Made by a program: the position numbers and the translations under genes. Source: Octopus vulgaris (lineage: Eukaryota). Taken from it: a stretch of 64,000 nucleotides of DNA. The stretch spans positions 36,828,001-36,892,000 of the forward strand of contig OX597815.1 of the NCBI GenBank assembly GCA_951406725.2. Reading direction: 5' to 3'. Positions 37,501 through 64,000 of this stretch are shown one piece after another; the first letter of the stretch is position 1, and every line of letters begins with the position of its first letter. Below the pieces are notes generated by a model, which ran no database searches, was not told where the DNA came from, and saw nothing but the letters and a program-made list of their open reading frames with translations.

Positions 37501-39422
37501 GGGAGGGTAAAAAAAAAAAAGGAAATATTTTATTGAATGTATGTGTTTCTAAAAATCTATATCTGTTTTGTTTTTGACAATTTCCAGGAAAGCCCAAAGC
37601 CGAGAGTCCCAATTTGTCACTTCAGCAAGGCAGAACCCCCAATAGTCATTTGTATGAAGATGGTAAGTTTACATTATAATTTTCTCTATGATCTACATAA
37701 CTTAGAAAAATATTTGTCTGGCCAATGTTTCATGCTGTATAGAATATTTACTTCAAATAGCACAAACAATATACTGAAGGTTTAGACATGTAAATTGTTG
37801 CAGAATTTTACAGAACTAGACATGAGTACGGATGTATTGGTTAAGAACTTTGCTTCCCAATGGCATAGTTTCAGGTTCAGTCCCACTGTGTGGCATTTCA
37901 GGCAAGTATCTTTTACCATAGTCCTGGGTCAACCAAAGCCTTGCGAGTGGATTTGGTAGAGGGAAACTGAAAGAAGCCTGTCACAAATGTGCATGTGTGT
38001 GGTTTGATACCATGTGATAATTGCAAATGAGTGCCATCATCATACAAGTGGTGTCATTAATTTTCAATCTTTGAAAATATATCTGGCCCTAGAAATATAT
38101 TACTTTGCTTGGCAACAGGAAGGATATCTGACCAAAGAAAATTTGTCTCAATAAATTTTGTCCAATCTTTGTTAGCACGGAGAAGTGGACATTAAAATTA
38201 TTTTTTTGCACAAATGGATGTTTAAAGAAAGTGAATAGTCTCCATAAATTTTCAAAGATTCCATTAAATTATTTTAGAAATTATAAACTCTTTAGTTTAT
38301 CTAAGAGTGTCCACAAGTCATAACACTAATAACTCAAATGTAAACTAAAATAATGAACCTTATCTTAAGGTGACAACAACAGCAGCACTAGTGAAACAAT
38401 TTCATTTAATGTTTATGTTGGCTTGGGTTGGACAGTTTGACAAGATCCAATAGGCCAAAGGACTACATCATGCACCAGTATGATTTCCATGGCTGGATGC
38501 CCTCAATGCTAACCACTTTACATGTACTGGGTGTATTTTTCATGCCACCAGCACTAGTGAGGCTGTCATGCAGTTTGAAAAAATATGAACCCTAGGGATG
38601 CAATTTAATGCTATGAGGTGAGGGGGCATATGATGAATAAAAAATGAGGGAAAAGGCCAAAGTGGAATGTTTTTAATAAAGTCAGTACCTTATAGATATC
38701 TACTCTTTCAGGCAAAGCCAGTTAAGCCATAGACCATGTCTAATTTATCATTTGACTTTGGAATTGTCCAATTTTGCATCTATTTTTATAAAGAAATCCC
38801 TGTAAGCAGGGGTTGATGTTAGATGGAATAGAGAAAATTGAATTTAGAAATAAATTGATTGGAGCTAAAAAGTTTGTTGCATGGAGAAAAAATTCTTGGT
38901 GTGTATGAAGAGGTGTGTAAATTAGATTAGTGATGATAACTAGAAAATTCTTTAGAGAAATGAAATCTGTTGGGATTAGTTATGCTAAGGCCTTAAAGGA
39001 GTATGTTCGATATTCTTGGGAAACTGGATTAACATGCATACAATAATATTACTCGTTCTCAGGAAAAAGACATTTAAGATGCCATGCAGTAGGATTGAAC
39101 CTGAAACCACATGATTGGGAAAGTAAGCTTCTTAACCACACAACCATGCTAATGATATTTACATGTCTGTGCACTTGCTTTGGAAGTACATGTACTAGAA
39201 TTGGAATGATTCAGAGATGTTTACATATCTGCATCAGTAATATTATTAGCATTATCTCAGACATCTAAAACAGCTTTCCAATTCCTCACAGTTATAAGAA
39301 GTTTAAAACCTCTCCTAATGCTATATTCTCTTTTAATCTAGGATTTGACAGGAGGAAAATTTGAAGAAAATTTAAACTCACTTCATCTAAAAGAAAATCA
39401 AGATTATCATTATTTTAGTTAA
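4683..39422 (+). CDS. B3GNTL1: B3GNTL1/QTGAL (GT2-family queuosine-tRNA galactosyltransferase homolog), complete 12-exon gene, 345 aa; join(4683..4694,6595..6711,8507..8606,10380..10444,14850..14915,16782..16877,18364..18459,19776..19900,35919..36054,37286..37354,37588..37662,39342..39422)
   Basis: The exons splice at GT-AG sites with compatible phases into 1038 nt with no internal stop. The product [21 protein letters not shown]...GFARNRAV...FLCFLDADDVM...[13 protein letters not shown]...[10 protein letters not shown]...[17 protein letters not shown]...FCDVD...KPRVPICHF...[11 protein letters not shown] is colinear with vertebrate B3GNTL1 as I recall it. Confidence 0.95.
5332..5728 (+). mobile_element. 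tRNA-derived SINE (family 1), composite/dimeric, with a 17-bp target-site duplication
   Basis: A-box/B-box-like head (TGGCAGAAACG...GTTCAAATTCC), repeated GCCTTTCATCCT...AAGTACCAG core, TSD ATTATATTTTGGATTCT at 5315-5331 and 5729-5745. Confidence 0.9.
6007..6416 (-). mobile_element. Family-1 SINE, tandem dimer, antisense
   Basis: Reverse complement of the 5332 element; further copies at 15005-15230 and 31808-32031, degenerate ones near 12560-12730 and 13130-13310. Confidence 0.88.
6595..6711 (+). CDS. B3GNTL1: B3GNTL1 exon 2 ([39 protein letters not shown])
   Basis: tactaac branch point at 6564, polypyrimidine tract, acag acceptor, gtaagt donor. Confidence 0.95.
7069..7277. mobile_element. 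GC-rich 209-bp insertion with a 14-bp TSD
   Basis: GCATCCTAAAGCTG at 7055-7068 and again at 7278-7291. Confidence 0.8.
7789..8465. mobile_element. Retroelement 3' end with (AAT)n tail and an inverted 5' part (fold-back)
   Basis: 7789-7905 is the reverse complement of 8252-8365; tail ...ctcaataataataat. Confidence 0.75.
8507..8606 (+). CDS. B3GNTL1: B3GNTL1 exon 3 ([33 protein letters not shown])
   Basis: tttag acceptor, gtaagt donor, ends in phase 1. Confidence 0.92.
9045..9530 (-). mobile_element. RTE-related repeat with (GAT)n tail (family 3)
   Basis: Shared end GGAAGGGCATCCAGCTGTAGAAAC...CCAACCCATGCTAGCATGGAAAGCGGACGTTAAACGATGATG; more than 15 copies in both orientations (e.g. 9700-9905, 11770-12060, 12303-12535, 20160-20460, 20965-21145, 24700-24910, 25375-25780, 26740-26875, 27260-27735, 28015-28530, 58680-59040). 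Confidence 0.85.
9948..10166. mobile_element. piggyBac-type MITE
   Basis: TTAA on both sides; 12-bp TIR CCCTTTAGTATT/AATACTAAAGGG. Confidence 0.88.
10380..10444 (+). CDS. B3GNTL1: B3GNTL1 exon 4 ([22 protein letters not shown])
   Basis: ttgcag acceptor, gtaagt donor; GT2 ARN...FLD motif. Confidence 0.95.
11540..12240 (+). mobile_element. R4/Dong-type restriction-like endonuclease fragment interrupted by a family-3 repeat
   Basis: [15 protein letters not shown]...[12 protein letters not shown] | [11 protein letters not shown]...[15 protein letters not shown]. Confidence 0.8.
12813..13110. repeat. Fold-back (inverted) repeat, probable Penelope-like terminal relic; second copy at 19440-19702
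   Basis: The arm ATTCTGTTGTGTCTGGGGAGAGTCATTTTC and its reverse complement are centred near 12947. Confidence 0.75.
14850..14915 (+). CDS. B3GNTL1: B3GNTL1 exon 5 ([22 protein letters not shown])
   Basis: tttcag acceptor, gtatgt donor; completes the DxD motif (LDADD). Confidence 0.93.
16382..16601. mobile_element. piggyBac-type MITE, second family; inverted copy at 42931-43145
   Basis: CCCTTT(T/C)GTTA termini with TTAA/TCAA flanks; the two copies align in opposite orientation. Confidence 0.85.
16782..16877 (+). CDS. B3GNTL1: B3GNTL1 exon 6 ([32 protein letters not shown])
   Basis: ttctag acceptor, gtgaag donor, phase 0/0. Confidence 0.93.
16963..17588 (-). mobile_element. tRNA-derived SINE (family 2) with a foreign insert in its internal (TA)n
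   Basis: Head GGCGCAGGAGTGGCTGTGTGGTAAG...GGTTCAGTCCC; other copies at 29295-29696(-), 36730-37115(-), 41800-42156(-), 48911-49318(+), 50219-50945(+) and 62643-63045(+). Confidence 0.88.
18364..18459 (+). CDS. B3GNTL1: B3GNTL1 exon 7 ([32 protein letters not shown])
   Basis: tatag acceptor, gtaagg donor; overlaps track ORF 18394..18597. Confidence 0.95.
18967..19300 (+). mobile_element. tRNA-derived SINE with a CORE-like central domain
   Basis: TGGCTTAGTGG A box and GAGTTCAATTCC B box, then GAGCAAGACACTT...CTCAGCTGTAGAAATG. Confidence 0.75.
19776..19900 (+). CDS. B3GNTL1: B3GNTL1 exon 8 ([41 protein letters not shown])
   Basis: ttttag acceptor, gtaagt donor; GT2 ED motif and YRxH. Confidence 0.95.
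21170..21545 (+). repeat. ~61-bp minisatellite, 6 units, inside a family-3 repeat
   Basis: Unit AAAAACACCATCCGAGCGTGG...TCTGGCACCTGTGTCGGTGGCACAT. Confidence 0.92.
21705..22952 (+). mobile_element. RTE-clade LINE 3' fragment, decayed
   Basis: [39 protein letters not shown] and GRGRPRKTW; (GAT)n tail. An antisense copy lies at 23643-24540. Confidence 0.9.
28615..29105 (-). mobile_element. Internally deleted maT/DD37D-like Tc1-mariner element
   Basis: TA-flanked CAGGGTGC...GCACCCTG termini; [26 protein letters not shown]; same family as 60676-61952. Confidence 0.82.
29979..30355 (-). mobile_element. CR1 LINE 3'-end fragment
   Basis: Aligns with 2725-3070, including the (TTA)n tail. Confidence 0.88.
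30932..32055 (-). mobile_element. Mariner-type transposon relic with a nested SINE
   Basis: TA-flanked TIRs CGAGGGGGTACCCAA / TTGGGTACCTCCATG; HTH-region remnant MKFCFL...[20 protein letters not shown]. Confidence 0.85.
33388..34616. repeat. 156-bp tandem array, 8 units (units 5-6 are 145 bp)
   Basis: Unit starts at 33388, 33544, 33700, 33856, 34012, 34157, 34302 and 34458. Confidence 0.97.
35919..36054 (+). CDS. B3GNTL1: B3GNTL1 exon 9 ([45 protein letters not shown])
   Basis: caacag acceptor after a 16-kb intron, gtaatt donor; phase matches exon 8. Confidence 0.95.
37286..37354 (+). CDS. B3GNTL1: B3GNTL1 exon 10 ([23 protein letters not shown])
   Basis: ttccag acceptor, gtaagt donor. Confidence 0.94.
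37588..37662 (+). CDS. B3GNTL1: B3GNTL1 exon 11 ([25 protein letters not shown])
   Basis: ttccag acceptor, gtaagt donor. Confidence 0.94.
39342..39422 (+). CDS. B3GNTL1: B3GNTL1 terminal exon 12 ([26 protein letters not shown])
   Basis: atctag acceptor; TAA stop at 39420-39422. Confidence 0.95.
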   Translation, partial: DLTGGKFEENLNSLHLKENQDYHYFS

Positions 39423-39506
39423 TAAAGAATGAACTTAAAAATCTGTTTCTAAATTATTTTAATAACACCAGTGACACAAAACTAACCATTACCAAATACC
39501 TGTATT

Positions 39507-41396
39507 TTTAGATAAATTGATTTACTGAATGCCATTTTCAAAAATATTCTGAAGTGAAATCTACACGTCTGGACCAAATAAAATTTTTTTAAATTGTCAA
39601 AAGTGGAGACAATTTCAAGGAATTTACATGCCTATTCATCAAGTTCTTTGAAATTTCTGTAAGCTCAAGAAAGAAAATTAACAGTATTCTTGGTATAAAC
39701 TTGTTCAAAACTATAAAGCCACATGCTTTTTAAAGTTATTTAGTTCTGTATTTAAGTGGACTAAGGGGCATAATCTACTGTAAATGGACATTTCGCGAAT
39801 ACTTTGAAATGTAAAAGAAAAAACTTTGTACCTTTACTATCACATTACAACACTTGATTTTCCAATTTTCCCTAACATATCGACATTTCAAAAACTATAA
39901 AAGCCACTAATTTTCATTTCTTTCCAGATTGTTTTGGAAAATATTTGACTCAATTGTATTCACTGTAATCCAAATTACATTTCCAGTATACCTAAAGCTA
40001 CAAAGCCTTCTGAAATTGAGCAAAGGAAGATTCTTGCACTGAAAGCAGAAGATTGTCAAGAAGATTCAATAAAGCAGAAAGTTAGTGGACAATTTTCTGA
40101 AAGATGTTGACGGCTACAACAGGGTTCATGCTGGTAGACGTCCAAAGGCTACATCAGAAAGTGATGAAAGGGGCCAATTTCAGAGCTGTGAAGAAGTCAT
40201 GCTGCTCTTTTGTTTAAGATCACGGCATCAGCAGGAGTCTCAACATCTATAGAAAGAGTGATTTTGAACCATGGTTTCCACCCGAAGAAGTGGCTAGGAC
40301 GTCTGTTATTGTCCTCGTCTCAAAAGCCTGTGAGATTGGAGTTTGCTCAGTAGCAGACGTAGGATGGTGGATGGACCAGGGTTCTGTTCTCTGATAAGAG
40401 AAAATGGAATTTGGATGGTCCCAATGGTTATAAGTATTACTGGGCTGATAAGAGTATACAAAATACTTATTTCAAGTGGCAGGACCGTGGAGGAGGTTTT
40501 ATGATGTGGAGAGCAATATCTGCCAATGGAAAGTTCCTGCTTATCATGTATGACTGTTTCAATGCTGCATGATACATCGATATGTTGGATGGGGCTCACA
40601 TTGATGAAGGAAGAAGGCTCTGTGGCAAGAACTTCATGTTTCAACAGGCAACGTTCCTATTCATAAAGCAAAGGCAACTTTGGATTTCCTAGGCAATCAG
40701 GGTTGAAGTCATGCCATGGCCAGCTAGAAGTCCTGATTTTAATCCTATAGAGAATGCCTGAGGATATCTCATGAACATTGTGTATGGCAAAGGCAAGCAG
40801 TATTCTTCATCTGTTGATGAACTGAAAATGGCAATAAAGGCGGCCTGGAAAGAGCTTCCACTTGCTCTGTTGCAGAAGTTGATTAGGAGTATGAATTTAC
40901 ATGTTTTTGAGGTAATTCAGAAAGGTGGTGGTCAAATGCACTATTGTTGATGTATTGCATGAAAATACCATTGAAATATATAATTTCCTTGTTTTGCTTC
41001 ATTTTTGCAACATTATTCAACCTGGCATAGTTTTGAACAAGAGTTTTTTTCTTTCTTTGAGTTTCACTAAAATTGAACATTGAAATGCCTTCTGTTCCAC
41101 TTCCTATCTAGAGGTGAGTTTCATGAATTTGGATAGGATATTTTACCAGGAAAAACAGACAGCGCTCGGGTTTTATAGTTTTGAACAACAGTTTATACCA
41201 AGGAGTGATGTTATTGAACACTTAATTTTATTTCTTCAGCTTACAGAAATTTCAAAGGACTTGATGACTAGGCATGTAAATTCCTTGAAATTGTGTCCAC
41301 TTTGACAACTTAAAAAAAAATTTATTTGGTCCAGACATGTAGATTTCACTTGAGAATATTTTTGAAAACAGCATTCAGTAAATCAATTTATCTAAA
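39507..41396 (+). mobile_element. Tc3-like transposon relic with ~210-bp inverted ends
   Basis: Pseudogene translations PKATKPSEIEQRKILALKAE, VLFSDKRKWNLDGPNGYKYYWADK and WPARSPDFNPIENA*; 39507-39720 is the reverse complement of 41170-41396; a TCAAAACTAT-type motif is repeated internally at both ends. Confidence 0.88.
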
Positions 41397-43958
41397 TTTA
41401 TGACATTGGTTCATTCTAGTTATTTCCCTTCCTTCAACCTTTGGTCACTATAAAAAATATTTGTAACTATGTAAAAGTTTTTGTAAACTGATGAGGCAGG
41501 CTCAAGTAAACTATACTTAGCTGATGCAGTCTATTATACTGAAACATATCCATCTTTGTCTTTTGCCTACAAAGACCAAGCTTTCACCTAGGTATGTAAA
41601 TTAACAAATTAATGTGATTTGCAGATTTTACTGCTATTTTTAGCAGTTTCAGTGACCATGTTGCACCTCTCCTCTTCCATTGTTTCCGGGTGTGCATTAA
41701 GTAACAAGTTAATTTACTGAAGGAATAACAAGAACTTAACATGTGTACTCCAAATTTCAGTAGGCATGGATGTGACAAACTCACTAAATACTGTAATCTT
41801 TGTTTCAGTCATTTGACTGCAGCCATGCTGGAGCACCGCCTTTAATCAAGCAAATCAACCTGGGACTTATTCTTTGTAAGCCCAGTACTTATTCTATCGG
41901 TCACTTTTACCGAACCGCTAAGTGACAGGGATGTAAACACACCAGCATTGGTTGTCAAGCAATGCTAGGAAGAGACACACAAACAATATATATGATGGGC
42001 TTCTTTGAGTTTCCATCTATCAAATCCACTCACAAGGCTTTGGTTGGCCCAAGTCTAAAGTAGAAGACGCTTGCCCAAGATGCCACGCAGTGGGACTGAA
42101 CCCGGAACCATGTGGCTGGTAAGCAATCTACTTACCACACAGCCACTCCTGCGCCTATACAATCTGACACAAAATTTTCAGTTCAGGAAATGAGTGACAA
42201 AAGTAGTACATAGCCATGTTTACGAAGATTGGGATAGATTTCTGAAGTGAGAGAAATTGAAGACTCAAGCAATTACAAGAGCTAAATGTCAAGCACACCA
42301 TTTAAGGGTGAGGAATTTTTTTTTTTTTTTGACAGGTCATCTTATGGGTTATAATTGATCAAAGGACAAGTTAGTCAATCATGATGGAAGAGTTCTTTGA
42401 TCAATGAGATTCAAACCATAGCTATCCTGTTGCTGGCAATGAACATGGAAGCATCTCTGAAAAAAAGTACTGTTAAAGAAGTCAACTTGTTTGATAAGTA
42501 TTGTAGGAAGATTCTGAAAAGTACAATGTTTGGCAAGTGGTTAAAAGACTGCTGCAATTTGGGAGCACTTGTCTATTTGATGTGTAAAAGTATCCTCTAG
42601 TTGAATTTAAAGTACCAGAAGATTCGCACCTATGTCTTGGTAAGCAAGCAAGACATAGATGTAACTTGTAAAGGTAGTTGTGTGGAAATCCTTATGGCCT
42701 TTGCACCAACAATGCCAGGGTGATACAGGTATCAAGATGAGTTTTCTATATCAAAGTCAACAAAGCTAACTACTTGTGAAAGGGATGAGGCAAAAGACAA
42801 AATAAAATTTAGGAAGCTGAATGGCTTTCCTGCTGTTAATGGCTCAACTTTCAAGTTGAGCTGTTAGCAGCAGGTTTCAGTTTCAATGAAGAACCTTAGT
42901 TGAAGAGATATGAAAAGAACATGAATTTAACCCTTTTGTTACTGTATTTATTTTGAGATGCTCTGTGTTTCTTTCTATTACTTCAAATATAACAAAGAAT
43001 TTAGTAAAATAACCTAGTTAGCATTCAGCTAGTGTTAGGAACATAAACTGTGACTTAGGTTTCGTGGAAGATTTTAATTCAAAACTTATGAAAATAAAGA
43101 CATTTGTACTCAGAGCCAGTTTCAGCCGGGTTGGTAACGAAAGGGTTAATGGAAGAATGCTGAAATACTCTATCCAAACAATTAATAGGCTGCCAAGATA
43201 AATTGGTGGAATTATTCCAGAATCAGATAAAATCATTTGTAGTTATTTCTTCAGGCTTTCTTGGCTCAGAAATAGAATTCAGATCTTACTGAGATTCAGT
43301 TTTGTCTTGCATCTTGTCAATAAATAACAGTCATATATTGACGATGGGTTTTTCTTTTCCCTTCAAAATAGGCTATAAACAAGATGGTGTCTTAACATCT
43401 GAAAGATAGCAATTGAAAACCACATTTGTTTTCAAAAATTCAAAAGCAAGCAAAATTAAGGATTATGTTAACATCACAGCAAGTGGGTTTTTTGTGTCAA
43501 TATTTGATGTTAGCGTACTTGATTAACAATGCTAAGATATCAAATGTTACAATGTACAGTTTGTAGTTCTCACCTGGAACCAGATTAAGTTGGCAAAATG
43601 ATCAAAGAATTGTTCAGCCTTTTCAATATACCGTAAAATGTCATTGTTTTTGTAGCCATCATTAAAACTAACCATCATTTACCAAAGCTGCTCCCATTCA
43701 AACTAAGCACAGAAGCATTAAGTAGTACTTCAGTTGAAAATACAAGTGAATTTAAAAAGATAAAAAAAGTGCTTGTCCATTGATCCCAAAATGCATAGAA
43801 AAGTTGTGAACCGATGTACTAGTCTGATGTGTTAACCAATGTAGGTTTACAAGGGTAAAAACTATCACCAATGTAAAATGTAAGTCATCATCTTGGAATT
43901 AGGTGTGGATTTATCTCCACAGTACTCACACAAAATCCCAGAATATGTTTTGTAAAAT

Positions 43959-43975
43959 TTTATTTGTATTAAAAA
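43959..43975 (-). terminator. Candidate MARF1 poly(A) signal AATAAA with an adjacent TTTTTAAT
   Basis: The minus strand reads TTTTTAATACAAATAAA about 1.1 kb downstream of the stop codon. Confidence 0.4.
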
Positions 43976-45087
43976 TAATTTACATATTTTTGATAGAAAC
44001 CTGATAAAATATATAATGTGAGAAGAATGTTGAGTAACAATTTTAACTCTTTACACATCTCTTCTCAATCTAATGACAAACCATTGTTACATTTCAGTTG
44101 GGAAATTCATTTGATAGAATGAGGTTTGAAATAATTCTCCGAGCCGTAGTTGCGAATTTTACAATGCTTCAATTATTGTAGATGATTTTATCCAAAATTT
44201 CGAAAACTTGAAACTTTAGAATGATTTTTTAAAAAAATCAGTCTAAATTTTACAAATTTTTCTATTTACAAATTTTACATAGGTTTTTTTTTCTGTTATA
44301 TAAAATATAAAACAAAAAGTTAAAAATTAAAAAAAGCAAATGAAAACACTTGCTGATTTTGGATAATAAAAAGTATCCTTTGAAACGAAAATAAGCTTTA
44401 AAATATACAAATGTAAAAATTAAGTTTTAGGTTTCAATAACAAAGTTATATTTGTATATACAAAAATGACTTGAAAGCTTTAAGGAAAAGCATATATAAA
44501 TATATATCTATCAAAGAAAAAATATAAATATAAACCCTCCAAATAACAAATCTGGGAGAAGAATTTTTTGTACAATAAATATACATTGCTTCTCATTACT
44601 TAACATTTATCTAAAAAGGTAAATGATATAAGCGGAAAGCTAGTCATCCATTAGAGCAAATAAGACCTTCAGAAATTGGATAAAAATATTGGAAATTGTT
44701 TATGGCATTTAAGACTTTCAGAGCAAATTACATGGATTTATAATATATGCATTTGTTTTATATGAGTACTTAAGAAAAAAAAGAAAAAACTTATATTTCA
44801 AAATTATGGATTTTTGGCTTTGTAAAGAAAATTAACAGGTTGATAAAACTTCTGAAGTTCTAAAAATATATTTCACTCCAAAACGTTTTTGAAATGTAGT
44901 GCTAAACAACTGATGGAAATCATGTAGCAAAGACAAATTTGCTGTATTGTTGAGTATAGGCTTATAGTAGATTTGAGAATCTTGTGTCATTTTATGATAT
45001 TCAACTTTTCTTTGAGAACTAGTATTGAAGAAATTTTCAAGAAAAAGCTGACTACATGTTAGCACAACTTAAATTTCAAAGAAGTTA

Positions 45088-63297
<18,210 letters not shown>

Positions 63298-64000
63298 CTG
63301 TATTGAAATCAATATCTTTATTAGAAAACATTCCAATTAAAAATTTTACATCTCTAACAACAATGTTTATATAAAATTCAAATATTATGCATCAAGTAAA
63401 TGATATTCCATTCAACATTAGTAAATGATATCATAGATGGGAACAATCAGAAAAGTACTTCCAATATCAGTAATAAGCTTAAAAAACAAAAATATTTTTT
63501 CCCAGTATTGAGAGATGTAAAACATTTGGCAACCTGCTACCTAAAAAGAAAAGCTGGATGATCCAGTCCTTGATGGATTTGATATGACATTTGTATACTG
63601 CATCATATCTATAGATATTTTATTTATTTGAAGCTAACTCTGTATTTAACAAATGTGAAAACATACTTTTACCATGTTTCAATCCATGGATTTAGTTTTT
63701 ATCAGGGATTGTGCACACTTTATACAATTCATGAGTACACTGCTTATAACCCACTGTTAAGTAAACTGGATAGCCTAATTTGAATATATAATGCTTTCTA
63801 AGCAGCAAGTTCAAATATCATTACTGTTGTGATAAATGCTTTGTTTCATTGCCATATTGTACAATATAATTTAACAGATTTTTTTTAACCAACAGTAAAA
63901 GATGGAGTACAATAGCTGACAAAATCCTAATTCAAGGGTTGAAGTATGCTTGGCTATTTCTAGCTTCCCTATCACAAAGAGTTTTGTATATAGAGATATG

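Overview
AT-rich, repeat-dense animal genomic DNA; the SINE/RTE repeat families and microsatellite load point to an octopus (coleoid cephalopod), which is my recognition rather than a database result. Two convergent protein-coding genes can be assembled by hand from GT-AG exons with consistent phases. On the + strand is a complete 12-exon B3GNTL1/QTGAL glycosyltransferase family 2 gene (ATG 4683, stop 39420-39422, 345 aa). On the - strand are the last 9 coding exons of MARF1 (tandem LOTUS/OST-HTH repeats, stop at 45088; the 5' part lies beyond 64000). Most ORFs in the supplied track are microsatellite or TE artefacts. Introns and flanks hold R4/Dong, CR1, RTE and HERO-like LINE remnants, several SINE families, Tc3-like, mariner and maT-like transposon relics, piggyBac-type MITEs, a 156-bp tandem array and a ~0.9-kb purine-pyrimidine tract. 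I see no clear-cut new gene system. The best leads are: (1) several minimal hammerhead-ribozyme-like motifs, one with a compensatory U3-A8 core; (2) a palindrome-ended Tc3-like element that puts AATAAA on both strands between the two convergent genes; (3) an intronic 156-bp array with a GGGAATTCCC palindrome in most units; (4) head-to-tail R4/Dong insertions at (CATA)n; (5) many intronic fold-backs that could be ADAR or small-RNA substrates.
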